Made by a program: the position numbers and the translations under genes
The notes under the pieces: model-generated
What the model was told of the DNA's origin: nothing
The model's input: the letters and a program-made list of their open reading frames with translations, nothing else
The model's database searches: none
Source: Podarcis tiliguerta
Lineage: Eukaryota
DNA length: 64,000 nucleotides
NCBI GenBank assembly: GCA_965153285.1
Contig: OZ229120.1
Reading direction: 5' to 3' (one strand)
In this document: positions 10,201-23,450 of the stretch, in pieces
How the letters are laid out: each line of letters starts with the position of its first letter
Position numbering within the stretch: position 1 is the first letter of the stretch

Positions 10201-13200
10201 CTAGAGGATGGAAACAAAATCTGTGATTACCTTTTGTACAAAACAAAAAACCCCACAAGTGACGTTTTCCTAATTCAATGAAGTTATATATCACCAAAAA
10301 TTTTTGTAACAAAATTCCCAAGTCATGAACATACCATAGCACAATACAAATGCAACTTCATAACGGAAATTGAAGAAAATTAAGAAAGCTTAAAGCAGGC
10401 TTTAGAAGGCATTCAGATTTATACAATCCCTAATTTTTATATACCAACAACCTGAACTTTGGCTGAGAGCAAACAGATTATTACCCAGAGTACCGTAATC
10501 CTATTAAAATACATTTAAAATTAGACAGCTAACCAACGTTACAGAAGTTAACAAAACATAGCTAAATAGGAAAAGTCTTTCTGTCAGCACATAACCTCAT
10601 ACGTGGGGCCGGGACTTCCAAAGTAACCAATCTTTCCATTTTTATTTCTCTGATAATTAATACACTTCTAAGAACTTTATACAATGAAAGCAAACTTGAG
10701 ATCTAATCTCCGAATACTAAATTCCAAAACATGAAGAACCTACTCATTACATGGAATTAAAAGCAAACTAGTATCTTAAGCACTGCAATTGACTGAAAAG
10801 CCATTTTAGGCACAATGAACTTCTGTCAATCCTGTTAATTCATTCTGCATGCACAGCGAGACCCTAGAGACAGAAAGGGAAGGGAAGGCAACAGCCCAGC
10901 CTTCCATGTTCCACAAAGCATACTACCCCCCCCCCCCTTTTCAAAAAAGAAGAAGAAGAAGAACCACCCAGAGAACAACAAAGTTGCTGCACATGGGCTT
11001 TTGAAAACACTAACAAGTGTAGAGCAGGTCTGTGACCCTCTGTGACCCCACTTTGCAGGGCCAATTCCCTCTCCCCTTTCTGAATGACACGTGTCTGAAT
11101 CAGAGCCATCTGCCTCAATTTGCGCAACATCTTCAGCCACAATAGGACCCAGTTAGCCCTGACAACGGCTCACAATACATAAAAATAAAACTGCTGACAG
11201 CACGCCATCAGCTATTCAAGAGCAAACCAACTGGTCAGTGTCTCATGTCTGACAATTAGCATGGGCCTTGCACAGCGCCTCCTGGGCTCCTTAGGGATCT
11301 GTTTAATTACCATCAACATAAAAGAGGGAGTTTATCAGCAGATACTCAAAAAGCTTCTCTCTAGACTTAATTAAAATATTAGCCTCTTCAGCAGGAAGCA
11401 GATTCTCTTTAAATGAAAAGTAATTTCTTTTTTAAAAAATTAAGCATATCAACCTCAAAATCTTGTAACACATTACACTAATTTAGGAAACATAAGTCAT
11501 CCTTAAATGTCACTCTTCTCACAGGTCAATATATTTCTTTTATTCAGATTAGATACACAATTTCCACTCTTTATATCCAATAAGAAAATAAATCCCTATC
11601 CAATGAAAAGATTTCAAAGAAATACCAGCAGTCCCATTTAGTATCTTTACCATGATGTTAAAATCTATGCTTCTCCCATCAATTTGGAAAGGGTGATAAT
11701 TATGTAAACAATAGTCTTATTAGTCTCTTTATTTATTTAACACTTGTGTCTTGGGACTACAGAGAAACAGATTATGCCTGAATTCACACAATTAAAGCTC
11801 CAGAGCTGGGGCTTCCTAGCCCCAAGGCTCATTTTACTCCTGTTCTAGCCTAAACTGCAAGTGATATAAAGTCAATGTTATTATAAAAGCAAACATAGCC
11901 CAAAGGCACAATGAGGGTCAATTCTGGCTGGGTGCCTTTGTGTGTCATTTAAAGCAATTAGATAAGGAAAATTTATTTGAAATGAATACTTCAGAATGCC
12001 TTTTTAAAAAGAAGATACTGTTGTCAACTAATGGGTCAGTGAAGGCTATCTTAAACTAAAGTTCTAACTTCCAGTGTAGCATGGATTAATGTAGCTTTTG
12101 TGTCTAAGGGGAACTAATGTTGGGAGCACTTACTGATATCAGATGACTAGTAGAATCTCACATGAGACTTAACTATTTTAAAAAATCTATTTAAAATGGA
12201 AGGCAAGTTTGGCTGCAAATGATTATGGACGGTGGAAAGTAAACACCTCTTTACTAATATCTAAGCAACTTGCACATTAGACATATGGCAAGTACAGAAC
12301 ACCGTACTCAAGTGGTCTTATGTGGCATAGCGGACGATGGCTGGAACTATGCTAGGCAATAGAAAACTGATTTGTTTAATTCCTGGCCTGGTTTGATCAC
12401 ATACAAAAATGGAATTGCGGTGGTGCAAGAGTCCAGGTTTTAGCAGGTGTAATAAGGGGAGCTGAACCCTCTCAATACCTGTTCATTTACTATCCAGAGC
12501 CTCTCCCCCTCAGGCACTTTTCTTCCAACCAAGTAGTGTCTTCAAGTATTATAGCTTGGATGAGGGGAAATGAGACAGGAAGGATGTACTGCCAGAAGGT
12601 AAACTAGGAAGGAAGTTCACCACCCCTGCTCCAACCCTTCTCCTCCAGTTTTGCAATAAGATTCAAGGCTCCATTCACCTCTTTATATGTGATTAGGAGA
12701 GACTCAAGTCTAAAGAAACTGCTGGAATCACATGTCGTTTGAGGTGGAATTTACTATGTCCCTTAATAAAAATATGTTTCTTGGAGACAATAGGTATCTT
12801 TGAATGTTGAGCCTGCTTCTAGCACAAGTTCAAATGTCAGTAAATCATGAAAGTTTATATTAACTCATGAAAGATTTAATATAATGAAGCAGCTGAATCA
12901 CAACTGAGAGAATACATATACTATGACAATAAAAGCAATGTTCTCTCATCAACAAAAGTGAATCTTTTGTACAGTAAGTGTCTGGTCATCATAAACACAT
13001 AAATATTATCTCTCAACACAGCAGCACCTACTGCTTCATTTCCCCCCAGAGTACATAGAGTTCCTACAATGGAAAATAGTGCAGAACAGACACAAAACAC
13101 AAAATGTAATTGCTTTAAGAATACGATGGCCTCACAGTGGTCTAATTAAGAGACTTAACAAACATGAAAATATAGTTAAATAATTTCCTTGCTAAGGCAC

Positions 13201-13384
13201 ATGGTAGCTTCATTTGGACAAAGCTGAAATATGGTCTAGGACTATGTGAACAAGCCTTCCCCTACCCTTATCCTAAGTGTGGCCATAAGGAGAAGACTGG
13301 AAACTTTCACTTCTGTTTTTAGCTAAGCACAGTGCAGTGTTATGTCTAAACTAGGCTAACTTTGCTTGGTCTTCCCTATAGTGT

Positions 13385-13572
13385 ATGAGGTGTTAGGAGA
13401 GGGGTAGTATTTCTGGGGGGCGGATATGTCCTGCTCCTTCCACAGTAGTTTGTCCACCTTTGGTCTCCACCCTGCACTCAGCATTCACCTGTGGCTCCAA
13501 GAAGCTGTCAGCATGTGACAGCAGCCACACTCTGGGAAATGGCTTCATCTGGCTGGCTAAACCAGGTGAGGA
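13385..13572 (+). mobile_element. Probable RTE-clade LINE 5' region fragment
   Basis: ttgtccacctttggt..cctgcactcagc..cacctgtggctcc..ggctaaaccaggtgagg resembles the reptile RTE 5'UTR (recalled consensus). Confidence 0.45.
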
Positions 13573-15076
13573 TCAAATAACAGTACTGCTCTAATGTAGT
13601 TTGTTTGTTTTTTTCTTGTGGGCTGGCACAGCTGTCCTTGTTTTTGAGTAAAATGCAAGTTGTTTATTCCCTAGTATGACAATGCATGCAAGCATAATAT
13701 GAATGATGTTATAAAACCATGTAACTGTAGAAGCAGCATTCATTCTCTCTTCTGAATGATTATACAAAATCAGTATGGAACATAGAAAGCAGATTCTTTT
13801 ATCTATGCTTTTCTTCTTTGTCATATGCAGCTGTACAGTTATGTTATTTTTCTCTACAGATCTATATACTGGGTTTTTGTTCTACTCTAAGAAAGATGAT
13901 CATTTGATTGTATTTTAACTGCAATAAAATTTTGACATAAAGTCTGAAATAGAATTGTTTTATAGATTTCAGATAAAGAAGAAAAATATTATCCATAAGC
14001 ATATATAGTCATCCTCCCCTCCCCAGCCCAATTCATGTCACAAAGCAGTGTCTAGTACAGGAGTAGCCAATGAGGTGGCTGCCAGTTGTTGCTTGAGCTT
14101 ATGTGAGTTGTAATCTAACAACATCTGGAAAGCACCATGTTTGCTACGCTGGTCTATTAAGATATTGATCACCCCCCACCCCGAAAAAATTAAGCCATTG
14201 CAACTATTCTTAGTGCTTTCCATGCTTTTACAGTGCAGATAAGGCTTACAAAGTTTCAGATTTCTAGAACATGTTGTCATAAAAGTCCAGTACTAATTAA
14301 AATTTAAAAAATAATAATTGGGGGGACTTGAATCTTCAAACAACATTCAAAATGTTTGCATATAAAAGTTTCATTAACACTTATTTCTACTAATACTGCA
14401 CACTTTCTCTATTTTTATTTTTTTTTAGATTAGTCTGTAATTCTTCTTAGTTCATTTTCCTCCTCTGTTCAGATTTGCTAGTCACCAGAAGCTGTTACAA
14501 TGGCCCATTCATGCTAAAACTTTTCTCCCCCTACCTTGTACATGAAGCCTTCAATTACTGCCTGCTGAAGCAGACAGAATCCTATTAGTAAGAAAGACGA
14601 TCACAAGATGCAATGCCCAGCCCTAGCTGTATAAAAATAATTAGCCCAAAGTTGACAAATGTAATGAATTTGCACAACGAATGTATTTAAGAAATTTCCT
14701 GTGAATTAGTCTTCTAATCCCAAATACCAGAATGAAAGGTTAGAACATGTACTGCTATATGGTATTAGGGCAGAGATATATAAATAATTAATAACATCAG
14801 TACCCTATAGCTGCCACAAACCCTTCAAAGGATATCATGCAAACCAAGTCTTACTCAGAGTAAAACAGCTGTGTCCATTAACTTCAGTGGATCTATTCTG
14901 AGTAGGAGTAGAACTGAGCACCACTCAATGTGATTCTATGCGATTCTCAAAGTGATCCAATTACGTGTCATCTATGACATAAAAATTTATGGGGCATTAA
15001 CAAAGTTACTGTTAGGAGGCAACTACTGTATATATTAATAGTGAAACATGGTTTCTAGTCCCACGTTTCTCTTGTA

Positions 15077-15302
15077 CAGTGGTACCTCGGGTTACAGACG
15101 GTTCAGGTTACAGACTCCGCTAACCCAGAAATAGTACCTTGGGTTAAGAACTTTGCTTCAGGATGAGAACAGAAATCATGCTCTGGCGGCACGGTGGCAA
15201 CAGGAGGCCCCATTAGCTAAAGCGGTACCTCAGGTTAAGAACATTTTCAGGTTAAGAACAGACCTCCAGAACGAATTAAGTTCTTAACCCGAGGTACCAC
15301 TG
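15077..15302. mobile_element. Tc1/mariner (Tigger-like) MITE, same family as 4788-5013
   Basis: CAGTGGTACCTCGGGTTA TIRs, TA flanks, similar internal sequence. Confidence 0.92.
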
Positions 15303-16237
15303 TAATATAAATGTACATTGACTGCAGGGTATTTGCAGTTCAACTCTTCTTTCACCAATAGATTCCCTCCTTTAATCTCCTTGGGGGTGTTGCTACAGGG
15401 GAGAATTGGTGGGAGTACTGAATTTTCTCTACAAGTATCCCACTTCCATGTCACCTTGACAAATTTAGGTTGGGGAATATTATGTCTAACAACAAATCAC
15501 ACCGTTCTGTTTTAGCCTAAAAATATAGTTATCCCAAGACGGGTTATTCTGAGCTCCCTCATCAATAACAGGAAATGATGTGGATACATTTAAATCTCTA
15601 TATACAGAGTGGCTCCTTCCACTGATAGGTAGAGTGACCCCAAGATGAACAAGAGCTACATGTATAATCTGAGCAAACACACACCTCCAGTCTGGCAGCT
15701 GTATTTCTATTATTTTATTATAATAGTACCTAAGTACATTGAAAATACAATTCAGTTTGTATTTTACAAAACCCAAAATGATTCATTTTGCCTTTTAATA
15801 CATCATTTATGCTATTGTGATGAATTCTTCCTATTAAAAAGGTTTGGCTTCTCTAATTTTTTCAGTATATATAGCTTTAAAAGGAAAAGAAATTAAAAAG
15901 AAATTAGAATTGTTTACTTTCCATCTAGCAGAAGCAGCTATAAAACTCAATTTGCAAAACTGAATATGGTGTTTTAGAGGGAAAATAGTTTTTCAAATAA
16001 TTCATAGTGGTTTAAACTTAAACATAACACCGGTTTGCAAACATGAAATGCATTATGTTTAAAGAATTTTAAACAAAAAGCTTTTTTACATTGCTAGAAA
16101 GAAAGTGATCAACTTATTTTGTACTTTATAATTTCAGATACAGAAGCAGTGCTGTCCTCTAGTGGACGGCAAACAGGATGGTAGTACAACCTATTTTGAT
16201 TCACTTAAAACAGCCAAAGAGTTAGCCAGCAAGCTTC

Positions 16238-16286
<49 letters not shown>
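16238..16286. repeat. (TATC)n microsatellite
   Basis: About 12 tandem units read directly. Confidence 0.97.
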
Positions 16287-16287
<1 letters not shown>

Positions 16288-16879
16288 CTATTTGTATTTA
16301 ATTGATATTGGAGTTTAAAAGACCCTTAAGTAAGTAGTGCTCTGCAAATATAACAATTTGATATTTGGCAAAAAAGACTTCTAGATAGAAGCATAATAAA
16401 GAGGCATAATGATCATGATACTTATGGGCATATATTTCCCCCACTCCATTAAAAAATAGAGGTAGGGAGAAATACTTCATCACAACACTGGCCATGATTA
16501 CTAACATCTCCATTAAAACAAATCAGTTGCTTCCCTATTTTTATTCTTTTGGTTTTCTACCTAAGTTGGGAAAATGTACAGGACATTTCCTTAAGGAGTA
16601 GTGCAAAAAATGGCCTGGTGCTTTATTAATTACTGGAGGAGTGATAGGCCATGGGTTTAAAACTAGATGGTCATTAACTATCTGGGGGAAACTGTTTGAA
16701 GGTCATTGCTAACTTCAGTAGTCAATTATAAGGCAGATAAGAATAATTAATACCATGTTTAGGTAATTTGAAAGCTGAGTGCCATAATGGGAAGGTCTCA
16801 CTGCTTTATGGATGTATTTTGGTTTGATCAACTCAACAGTTAAAAAACCAGGAGTGGAAACAGCTACAGTTTAAAACAA

Positions 16880-16962
16880 ACTTAATTGGTCTCTAAGGTG
16901 CTACTGGTCTACTTTTTAAAATATTTTGACTGCATCAGACCAACAGGGCTACTTACCCGAGT
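16880..16962 (+). mobile_element. Probable Penelope-like terminal fragment
   Basis: ggtctctaaggtgctactgg..gactgcatcagaccaacagggctac resembles squamate Penelope ends (recalled). Confidence 0.45.
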
Positions 16963-17635
16963 TTAAAACAAGTCAGTATAAGAGCTAATGGCTACAAACG
17001 GACCATTAACACATTCTAGGTTGGAAAACTAGGTGTTTTTAAATTATAAACATTATTAATATTATGGAATTGTTCCAACAACCGTTCAGAGAAGACCAAT
17101 AACTCAGTTGGAGTATAAAATAGCATTGGGCACATTTAAGAAGAGTCTTCTCATTTTAATTCTAGTATTCCAGCAATCATGTTTCCTGTATCTTATGGAT
17201 CTCTCCCCTAGAGTATCAGTGCGGGTTTTGCTCAGGCAAAAACATATCCCCAAACACCCAGTAATATTAGCTGGTAGCACTGGGGGTTTGTTTGCATTTC
17301 ATGCAGCATGTAACTTGAGTCACTTGCTTTTTGGTATGCAAAAACCTGACTACCGCTTTCCTATTATCTAAATTATGTGAGCTGATTTACATAGGGGGGG
17401 TGTGTGTACTATTTTGCAACAGGGGTTATTTATAGCCTTTGTGTCCCTACTGCTCTATAATTTTATGTGCCAACCCTGGACGGGTTTTCTTCTCTGTACC
17501 CTGCTACTTCCGTAGCATTACTCCCACAATCACATACTGGAGCAGGAGTAGCTTTCACACAGCACCACAGATCTGTCAGATGTTCATAGAAATTTGACTC
17601 CCCAGCAATGGCCTTGGTATTCATGGGATCATTGG

Positions 17636-19370
17636 TTGATTGATTGATTCTATGATTGATTTTCATTCAAATGAACTGCGGCATACAAACAATAAATAAC
17701 AATAACATAAAAGAACATCACAAGTATGGCATCAGTCATATTAAAAAATAACAAATCATAAGTAAAACAATATATAAAAACACTACTAACAAAGCCACTC
17801 CTAAACAATAAGCTAAACATCACCATTACACCAGAAGTCATATTATATGATTAACAAATCAATATGCCATTTATGACCTATAAAACTGTATTAAAAACAT
17901 TAACAAAAAAGCAACTAAAAAAATATGCTAAGCACTGCTAAGTTCATACAGACGCTTTCCACACCCTGACCTATAATCTTTCACTCTATTCAGTTCATTA
18001 AAATATACATTATTGTTATTACATAATGCCTGTAGCTCAGCCAGATGCTACACCGGCTGGGTCCTTGGGTAGTGGGCCGTGGTAAGGACAGTTATGCTCT
18101 TCGGCCTATCACTGGTGGCAAGGTGGATGTGGACTCTAGGTAGCCCACTCAGGCGCTTTGATGAGGAACCTGTCCACGTCATCCTTGATAACCAGGAGGT
18201 CCATTCCCAATCAAGGGAGTCTGTCCCCCCACTGAGCAGCGATCCTGCTGACATGTCCTTGAACTTCTCACTCTTCTTCTTGGTGGCAAAATAGGTGATA
18301 CATAGATGTATTTGTTTTGTGGCAAGGAAACAAAGCAGTTCTGGTATGTTTCTTCATTATAGAGCTGGCATTTGGGAATGCAACAGGCCATATGTCCCAG
18401 GCCTCCATAAGCGTCTTCCATGTAAAGGATTGAGTCTATTCCTTCTTGTCAGGATAACCTACAATTTGCAGCCCACTAGAGCTGAGGATTGTTGGCAATC
18501 TCCAAGTGCTGTGTGGGTGACCTGGCATTTTTTTTTTGCACCTGCAGTGTGGTTTGGGTACTGCCACTCCAAATCCCCTTCTCCTCCTGCTGTGGTTTCC
18601 CTGTTTTCAAGATGCAGTCTGATGTTTATGCCACCTGGACGAAACTCTGCAGCTCCTGCGCACAGAGTAGCAGGTGATGGTGGGCAGCTTGGGAAAGAGA
18701 GCCACAGCAGGGCCACACAGGAGCCAGGCTGGCACTCACCATGCTTTTGCTGCTGCTGTCATGCACCTGGCTGAAGGGAACAAGCAGTTGGTCTGCAGAG
18801 CTACGGCCCCGTCTGGGAAGGCATATACCCCAGCCAGGTCCCCCTGCAAGGAGGGCTCTTCCCTTTGACTTAGTCGAGCTCCTGCCTTCTCTTCCAGCTC
18901 CTCCAAAGCGTCTCACAGGGTTTCCTTATGCAAAGAAGTTGCAAGCAGGAGGGGCCTTTTCTGCGGTGGCACTTCTTCCCAAATCAGAAGGGCCTTGATG
19001 TCTAAGCTTCAGGGGTGACACTCTGAGCTCAGCACACCCTGCAGAGGAGAGCAGGAAGAAGCCTGCTTGGCAAATGCTTCTTCCTTTCTCATTCTCTCCG
19101 AGAACTAGTCCTTGAAGCTGGGAAACGTGCTGGAGCCTGACACAGAATCAGAGAGGGCCTGAGGAAAGTCTTACTTTCTCTTGAGGAGATCTAGCTCCTT
19201 GCCTAGCCTGGCCTTCCTTTCCTCTTCCCATCTGACTGACGTTCCTGGAGAGATGAGAATCACTTTCTCCCTCAGGGCTGGAGACACTGAGAGGCAAACC
19301 TGCCCCAATATGCCCAGTCAAGAGTGGGAGGAAGGACATGGCAGCTTCTGCCTACCTTTCGCCTCTGACA
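17636..19370 (-). mobile_element. Probable internally deleted Tx1/L1-like non-LTR retroelement (degenerate ORF1, ORF2 tip, 3'UTR, (AATC)n tail)
   Basis: GC-rich broken coding-like segment ending in a degenerate CCHC knuckle (C-SI-[W]-LSYR-H, 18026-18055), then RVWKASV* (17944-17967), T-rich 3'UTR and (AATC)n tail. Confidence 0.5.
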
Positions 19371-20239
19371 CATCATCATATGGCAGACCAGATAAGGAAT
19401 TTATACACAGCAGCTGTTTGTTTCTACAGTTATTAGGTGATTGTAGATGTTGTTCTATATTCAAGACTTCAGACAAGAGGACTTTGTACCACTGCAGTAT
19501 TTCGTTGGCAGGAAGTAGTAGAATAAAATTGAGTACTTTATTATACATTCCATTATATGACAACCAAACAGAACTGTCCTGCTTGTGGAAAAAGAACTAT
19601 GCAATCTGTAAGCTCTATCACTTTTAACACCAACTTGCTTGGGAAAAAGAAATTTGGATGCTAGCTTCTGCTTCTGCAGAGCTGACCACTTTTGTCATTG
19701 TAAGTGTGTAGTTCTTAGTGGGTCTATTGTATGTTAATAAATGTTGTCAAGGGTTCTGAGGACTGCACTTAAGAAGTGGAACATTAGCTTCAAAAGAAGC
19801 TACTGCTAGGAGGTAGAATTCATGCCACTCAAGCATCAAATGCCTGAGAATACTTAAACTATGAATTCTACTAGTCTTGCATTCATACATGATCCCCAGG
19901 GCAAGGCTGAATCTATAAAACTACAACAAAGCTCAAGGCTCACTTTAATGTTATTTGATGAGAGAAAAACAGGTTGCTATAACTGTGGTTCTTTGCGTGG
20001 TCGTCTCTGCAGTCCGTCATATTGAGGATTTGTGCCTGCACTGCACATTATTTGGGAACTTCTAGAACTCAGAAGAACCTTGAGGCCCTGCCCTCGGTCA
20101 GGGAAACCCCATGGTTCTGCAAAAATCAATGGCAGGAGTCAGCACACTTTCCTGAGGGTAGACCGTCTAATTGTACATATGACCACTTGTAGAACCAGTT
20201 ACAGGTACACAATTTGTTTTGTACTTTGTGCAGTCACAC

Positions 20240-20525
20240 ATATGGAGACCACAAGACAGAGTGGGCCTTTTCTGTGGTGGCTCCACACCTTTAGAACACC
20301 TTCCCAGTAGTGCTGTAGTAAGAGGGCTACATTCCAGGTTCTTTTTTTAAAAAGGCTTAAAGACTCATTTGTTTTGATTTGCCTTGCCTAAGTCTTGTTT
20401 TGTCCTGGTTGTTGGACACTGTGTTGCTGGAGGTAGTCAGCCTTGTGAATCTGTTTTCTTCTTGTTTCTTTTTATATTGCTGTAAGCTGTGTTGGATGGC
20501 CTTTGCCTAGAAAATTAACATATTT
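20240..20525 (+). mobile_element. Degenerate L2 LINE 3' end
   Basis: gggccttttctgtggtggctccacacct (AFSVVAP motif) plus T-rich tail. Confidence 0.55.
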
Positions 20526-21560
20526 TTTAAAAAAAACAACTACCACCACCATAGTTGTGGTTGCTGAGGCAGTACACAGCAATGCTGCATAATTAGAGGA
20601 GTCTTTGGGCCTGTCATCCCCTTCAGGTTAACTGGGAAAGCCCTTAGAAAGTAGCATTCTTCTTTCCATTGTCACCCAGTTATACATCCAAACAACTCTT
20701 GTGCTTGTTTTTTCTCTTGTATACTTTAATTGCTGGCTTTTAGTTTTCATGCCTATCATGGTCTCCAGTTAGGACCACAGTTGTTTGTTCTATATTTTAT
20801 CCTTATTCTGCTCTGCACATTCACCAGTACTAATTTATTACCATGTACCTCTTTGCATATGCAGAAGTGCCACCAGGAAGTTCAAAGATGTAGAGGTAGG
20901 TAGAGTAACAATGGGCTTTTTTCTCCCTGCGATTTCCACATCAGAAAACCCTTCTCACATGCCTCTTTCCTCACCACATGCAAAGGCCCTGTTTGCTGCT
21001 AGGCAACATAATCATTCAGTAGCACTGGAATAATTGTTATTGCTAGGGGAAGAATGACACAGATCAGTCTGAGAAGAAAAACGGAATTGATATACTTGAC
21101 TCAAAACTGGTCAGCCTTCCTGTAACTCTTAAGAAGCACAGGTATTTGAGGGTATTTCTTGAAGTGGATGGTCACAGAGGTACCAAATCTACCCTCTTAG
21201 CTTCCATCTCCTCAGATTTTTCAAACAGTACATCTCCCACTTGCACAGACAAAAGTAATTTAGGAGAAGGTTGAAAAGCCATGTAGACACAGACAAATGG
21301 AACAATATTTATAGGTAGACTGCTGGAGTTAAGTGGAATATGTAGCAAAGTTCCTGTGATTAAGAAATTGAAATAAACCAACCCATGCTCCTAGCAGTCA
21401 CTCATGTGTGCTATAGACAAAGCTTCTGCTTTGAAACCTGACTTTGGATGTAAATTTGTTTTCCCTGGCTATTCCCCAAATGTCAATCCATTTATATACA
21501 AGAAGGCAAACTGGAATTACATTATCCAAGACATACAAGAAACCTCCACATTTTGATTAC

Positions 21561-21699
21561 CTGTGAATGTTATCTTCACCAGAAGGAACCACACCAAGGT
21601 TTGATACGCTTACCACCTTCTGCAATATTACAAGACGAGTGGAATTTTGTGGTGCAACAGTGACTGTAGTGGATGTTTCATTCATACCAGTCAACCTTC
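21561..21699 (-). CDS. AP3B1: AP3B1 penultimate coding exon (GRLTGMNETSTTVTVAPQNSTRLVILQKVVSVSNLGVVPSGEDNIHR)
   Basis: gtttcAG acceptor, AG|GTAATC donor; 139 bp (phase 1 to 2); LTGMNETS motif. Confidence 0.98.
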
Positions 21700-21963
21700 C
21701 TGAAACAGTGAAACATAAAAACCATGGATTCATTTGGTTAATATCATAAAGAAAATTTAAAGCAACACTGACATATTAGCCCATTTACCTGGTGCTAAAT
21801 GTTTAAGGTTTGTCTTAATAAGGATTTCTGAGTGCCTTATGGGAACAGATGATAAATACCTGTCAACTAACTATAATTTTTAAACTGCATATTCATGAGG
21901 ATGTAGTAAGGCATTTTTATATAATTCCAAAAACTAAATGCTTATGCAATATAACTGAATGAT

Positions 21964-21983
21964 TGTGTGTGTGTGTGTGTGTG
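21964..21983. repeat. (GT)n microsatellite
   Basis: Read directly. Confidence 0.9.
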
Positions 21984-22137
21984 CATATACACTACATATA
22001 CACATCATATACACATACAATCACTAATATATAGAGATCTCAAAAGAGAAAACAGCATGCTAATAAACAACACCCATAAGTTCAATATTTACTGTAAATA
22101 AGATCACAACAGTTACTAGCCTGCAAAAAAGATAACC

Positions 22138-22206
22138 ATCGAATTGTAGAGTTGGAAGGGACCACAAGGGATATATCATCCAACTCCATGCAATGCAGGA
22201 ATCTTT
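22138..22206 (-). mobile_element. CR1 3' tail fragment
   Basis: gaattgtagagttggaagggacc..tccaac..tgcaatgcaggaatct is the reverse complement of the CR1 end at 1380-1450. Confidence 0.75.
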
Positions 22207-22649
22207 TCCCCAAGGAAATAAACAACTACCTGACTTTTAGAAGACATCTGAAGGCAGCCCTTCAGATTATTTTGTTGGGAGCCGCCCAGAGTGGCTGGGT
22301 ATAAGTATTATTCTATCGATTGAGCTAAATGTACTAGTTTGCTATGGGTTGGTGGAAAAAAGCTAGAGAGCTGCACTTCTACACTGGACATACTACAGAG
22401 AGTTTCCCACCTCTAGCAGCTTACTTGAATTCTTTCCTGGGTACACCCATTCTATCCTTCACCACCCAATCATTCATCTGCATGTAATTCCTTCTTCCCT
22501 TTGGCTAGGGAATTAGACTAATTCATCACTTTCCACACCAACAGGAGTCATGATACAAATACACTAGAAGCGCCTATTCACAAGTTTACATAAAAACAAA
22601 GATAATGACCTCCACTTAAAACAAGGATAAACACTAAAAGATGGCCATG

Positions 22650-22925
22650 CAGTCAATCTATTAGCACCACCCAAATACTCACGAGAAGAAATACGGTTCT
22701 GCCTGGTGTCGAAAAGACAATACTGTCAATGTCAGGCAAACCTTCCTGGGGAAAACATTCCATAAATGGGGGGGCTACCACATTTATTATTGCCATTTGG
22801 CAGACATTTCTAGGAGGAGGCACACAAAGAAGGGCCTGAGATGTTAACATCAAGGTCCAGGTAAGTTCATTTGGAGAAAGACAGTCCTTGAAGTATTGGG
22901 GTTCTGAGCTGTAAAAGCCTTTCTA
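22650..22925 (-). mobile_element. Degenerate L2 LINE ORF2 C-terminal fragment
   Basis: LTSQALLCVPPPRNV..NVVAPP resembles the L2 C-terminal region. Confidence 0.55.
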
Positions 22926-23004
22926 CTCACATTCTTTATTATGGTCCAAACACCCACAAAAACCATTTTGAAAGCAAAGTGCATTAAAAATACAGAAAAG
23001 ACAT

Positions 23005-23037
<33 letters not shown>

Positions 23038-23135
23038 AACAACAACAACAACAACAATAAATTTATTATTTATACCCCGCCCATCTGTCTGGGTTTCCCC
23101 AGCCACTCTGGGCGGCTTCCAACAGAATATTAAAA
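23005..23135 (-). mobile_element. Short LINE (probably L2) 3' end with compound (TAC)n(AAC)n microsatellite tail
   Basis: (tac)n(aac)n, then aataaatttattatttataccccgcccatctg..cccagccactctgggcggcttcc. Confidence 0.75.
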
Positions 23136-23405
23136 TACTAGGCAGGCATTGTGTTTTATCAAAGACATGTTGATTTCTAATTCTTACTAGCTCCAAGAGA
23201 AATTTTCCCATGGTCAGGTTTATATCATTTTTCTTATCTTCAAGGAGATACTTGAGATAAAAGATATCAGTGTTTCCAGGTAAATTTACCAATAAGGGCT
23301 TAATTAATTGGTTCCTGGCTCTACAAGCAAACTAGAACATGGAACTGGGCTCAAAAATGAATCGCTGACAGTGCAAAGAACTAGTGTTACATGAACACAG
23401 TGCCT

Positions 23406-23450
23406 TGTTGTTTAGTCGTATCCGACTATTTGTGACCCCATGGACCAGAG
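23406..23450 (-). mobile_element. Very short BovB-type 3' end insertion with TSD
   Basis: tgttgtttagtcgt..ccgact..gtgaccccatggaccagag flanked by direct repeat CACAGTGCCT (23396-23405 / 23451-23460). Confidence 0.75.

Noticed and set aside
18048-19627. Dense overlapping ORFs as a nested intact gene
   Set aside because: Multiple frameshifts and stops and no splice structure; better explained as a decayed retroelement
21567-21749. Plus-strand ORF overlapping an exon (similarly 28833-29066 and 54423-54740 on the minus strand)
   Set aside because: Antisense or off-frame shadows of real AP3B1 exons
22984-23292. Poly-Val ORF, and the His-Thr/Val-Cys repeat ORFs at 53326-53742
   Set aside because: Translations of microsatellites
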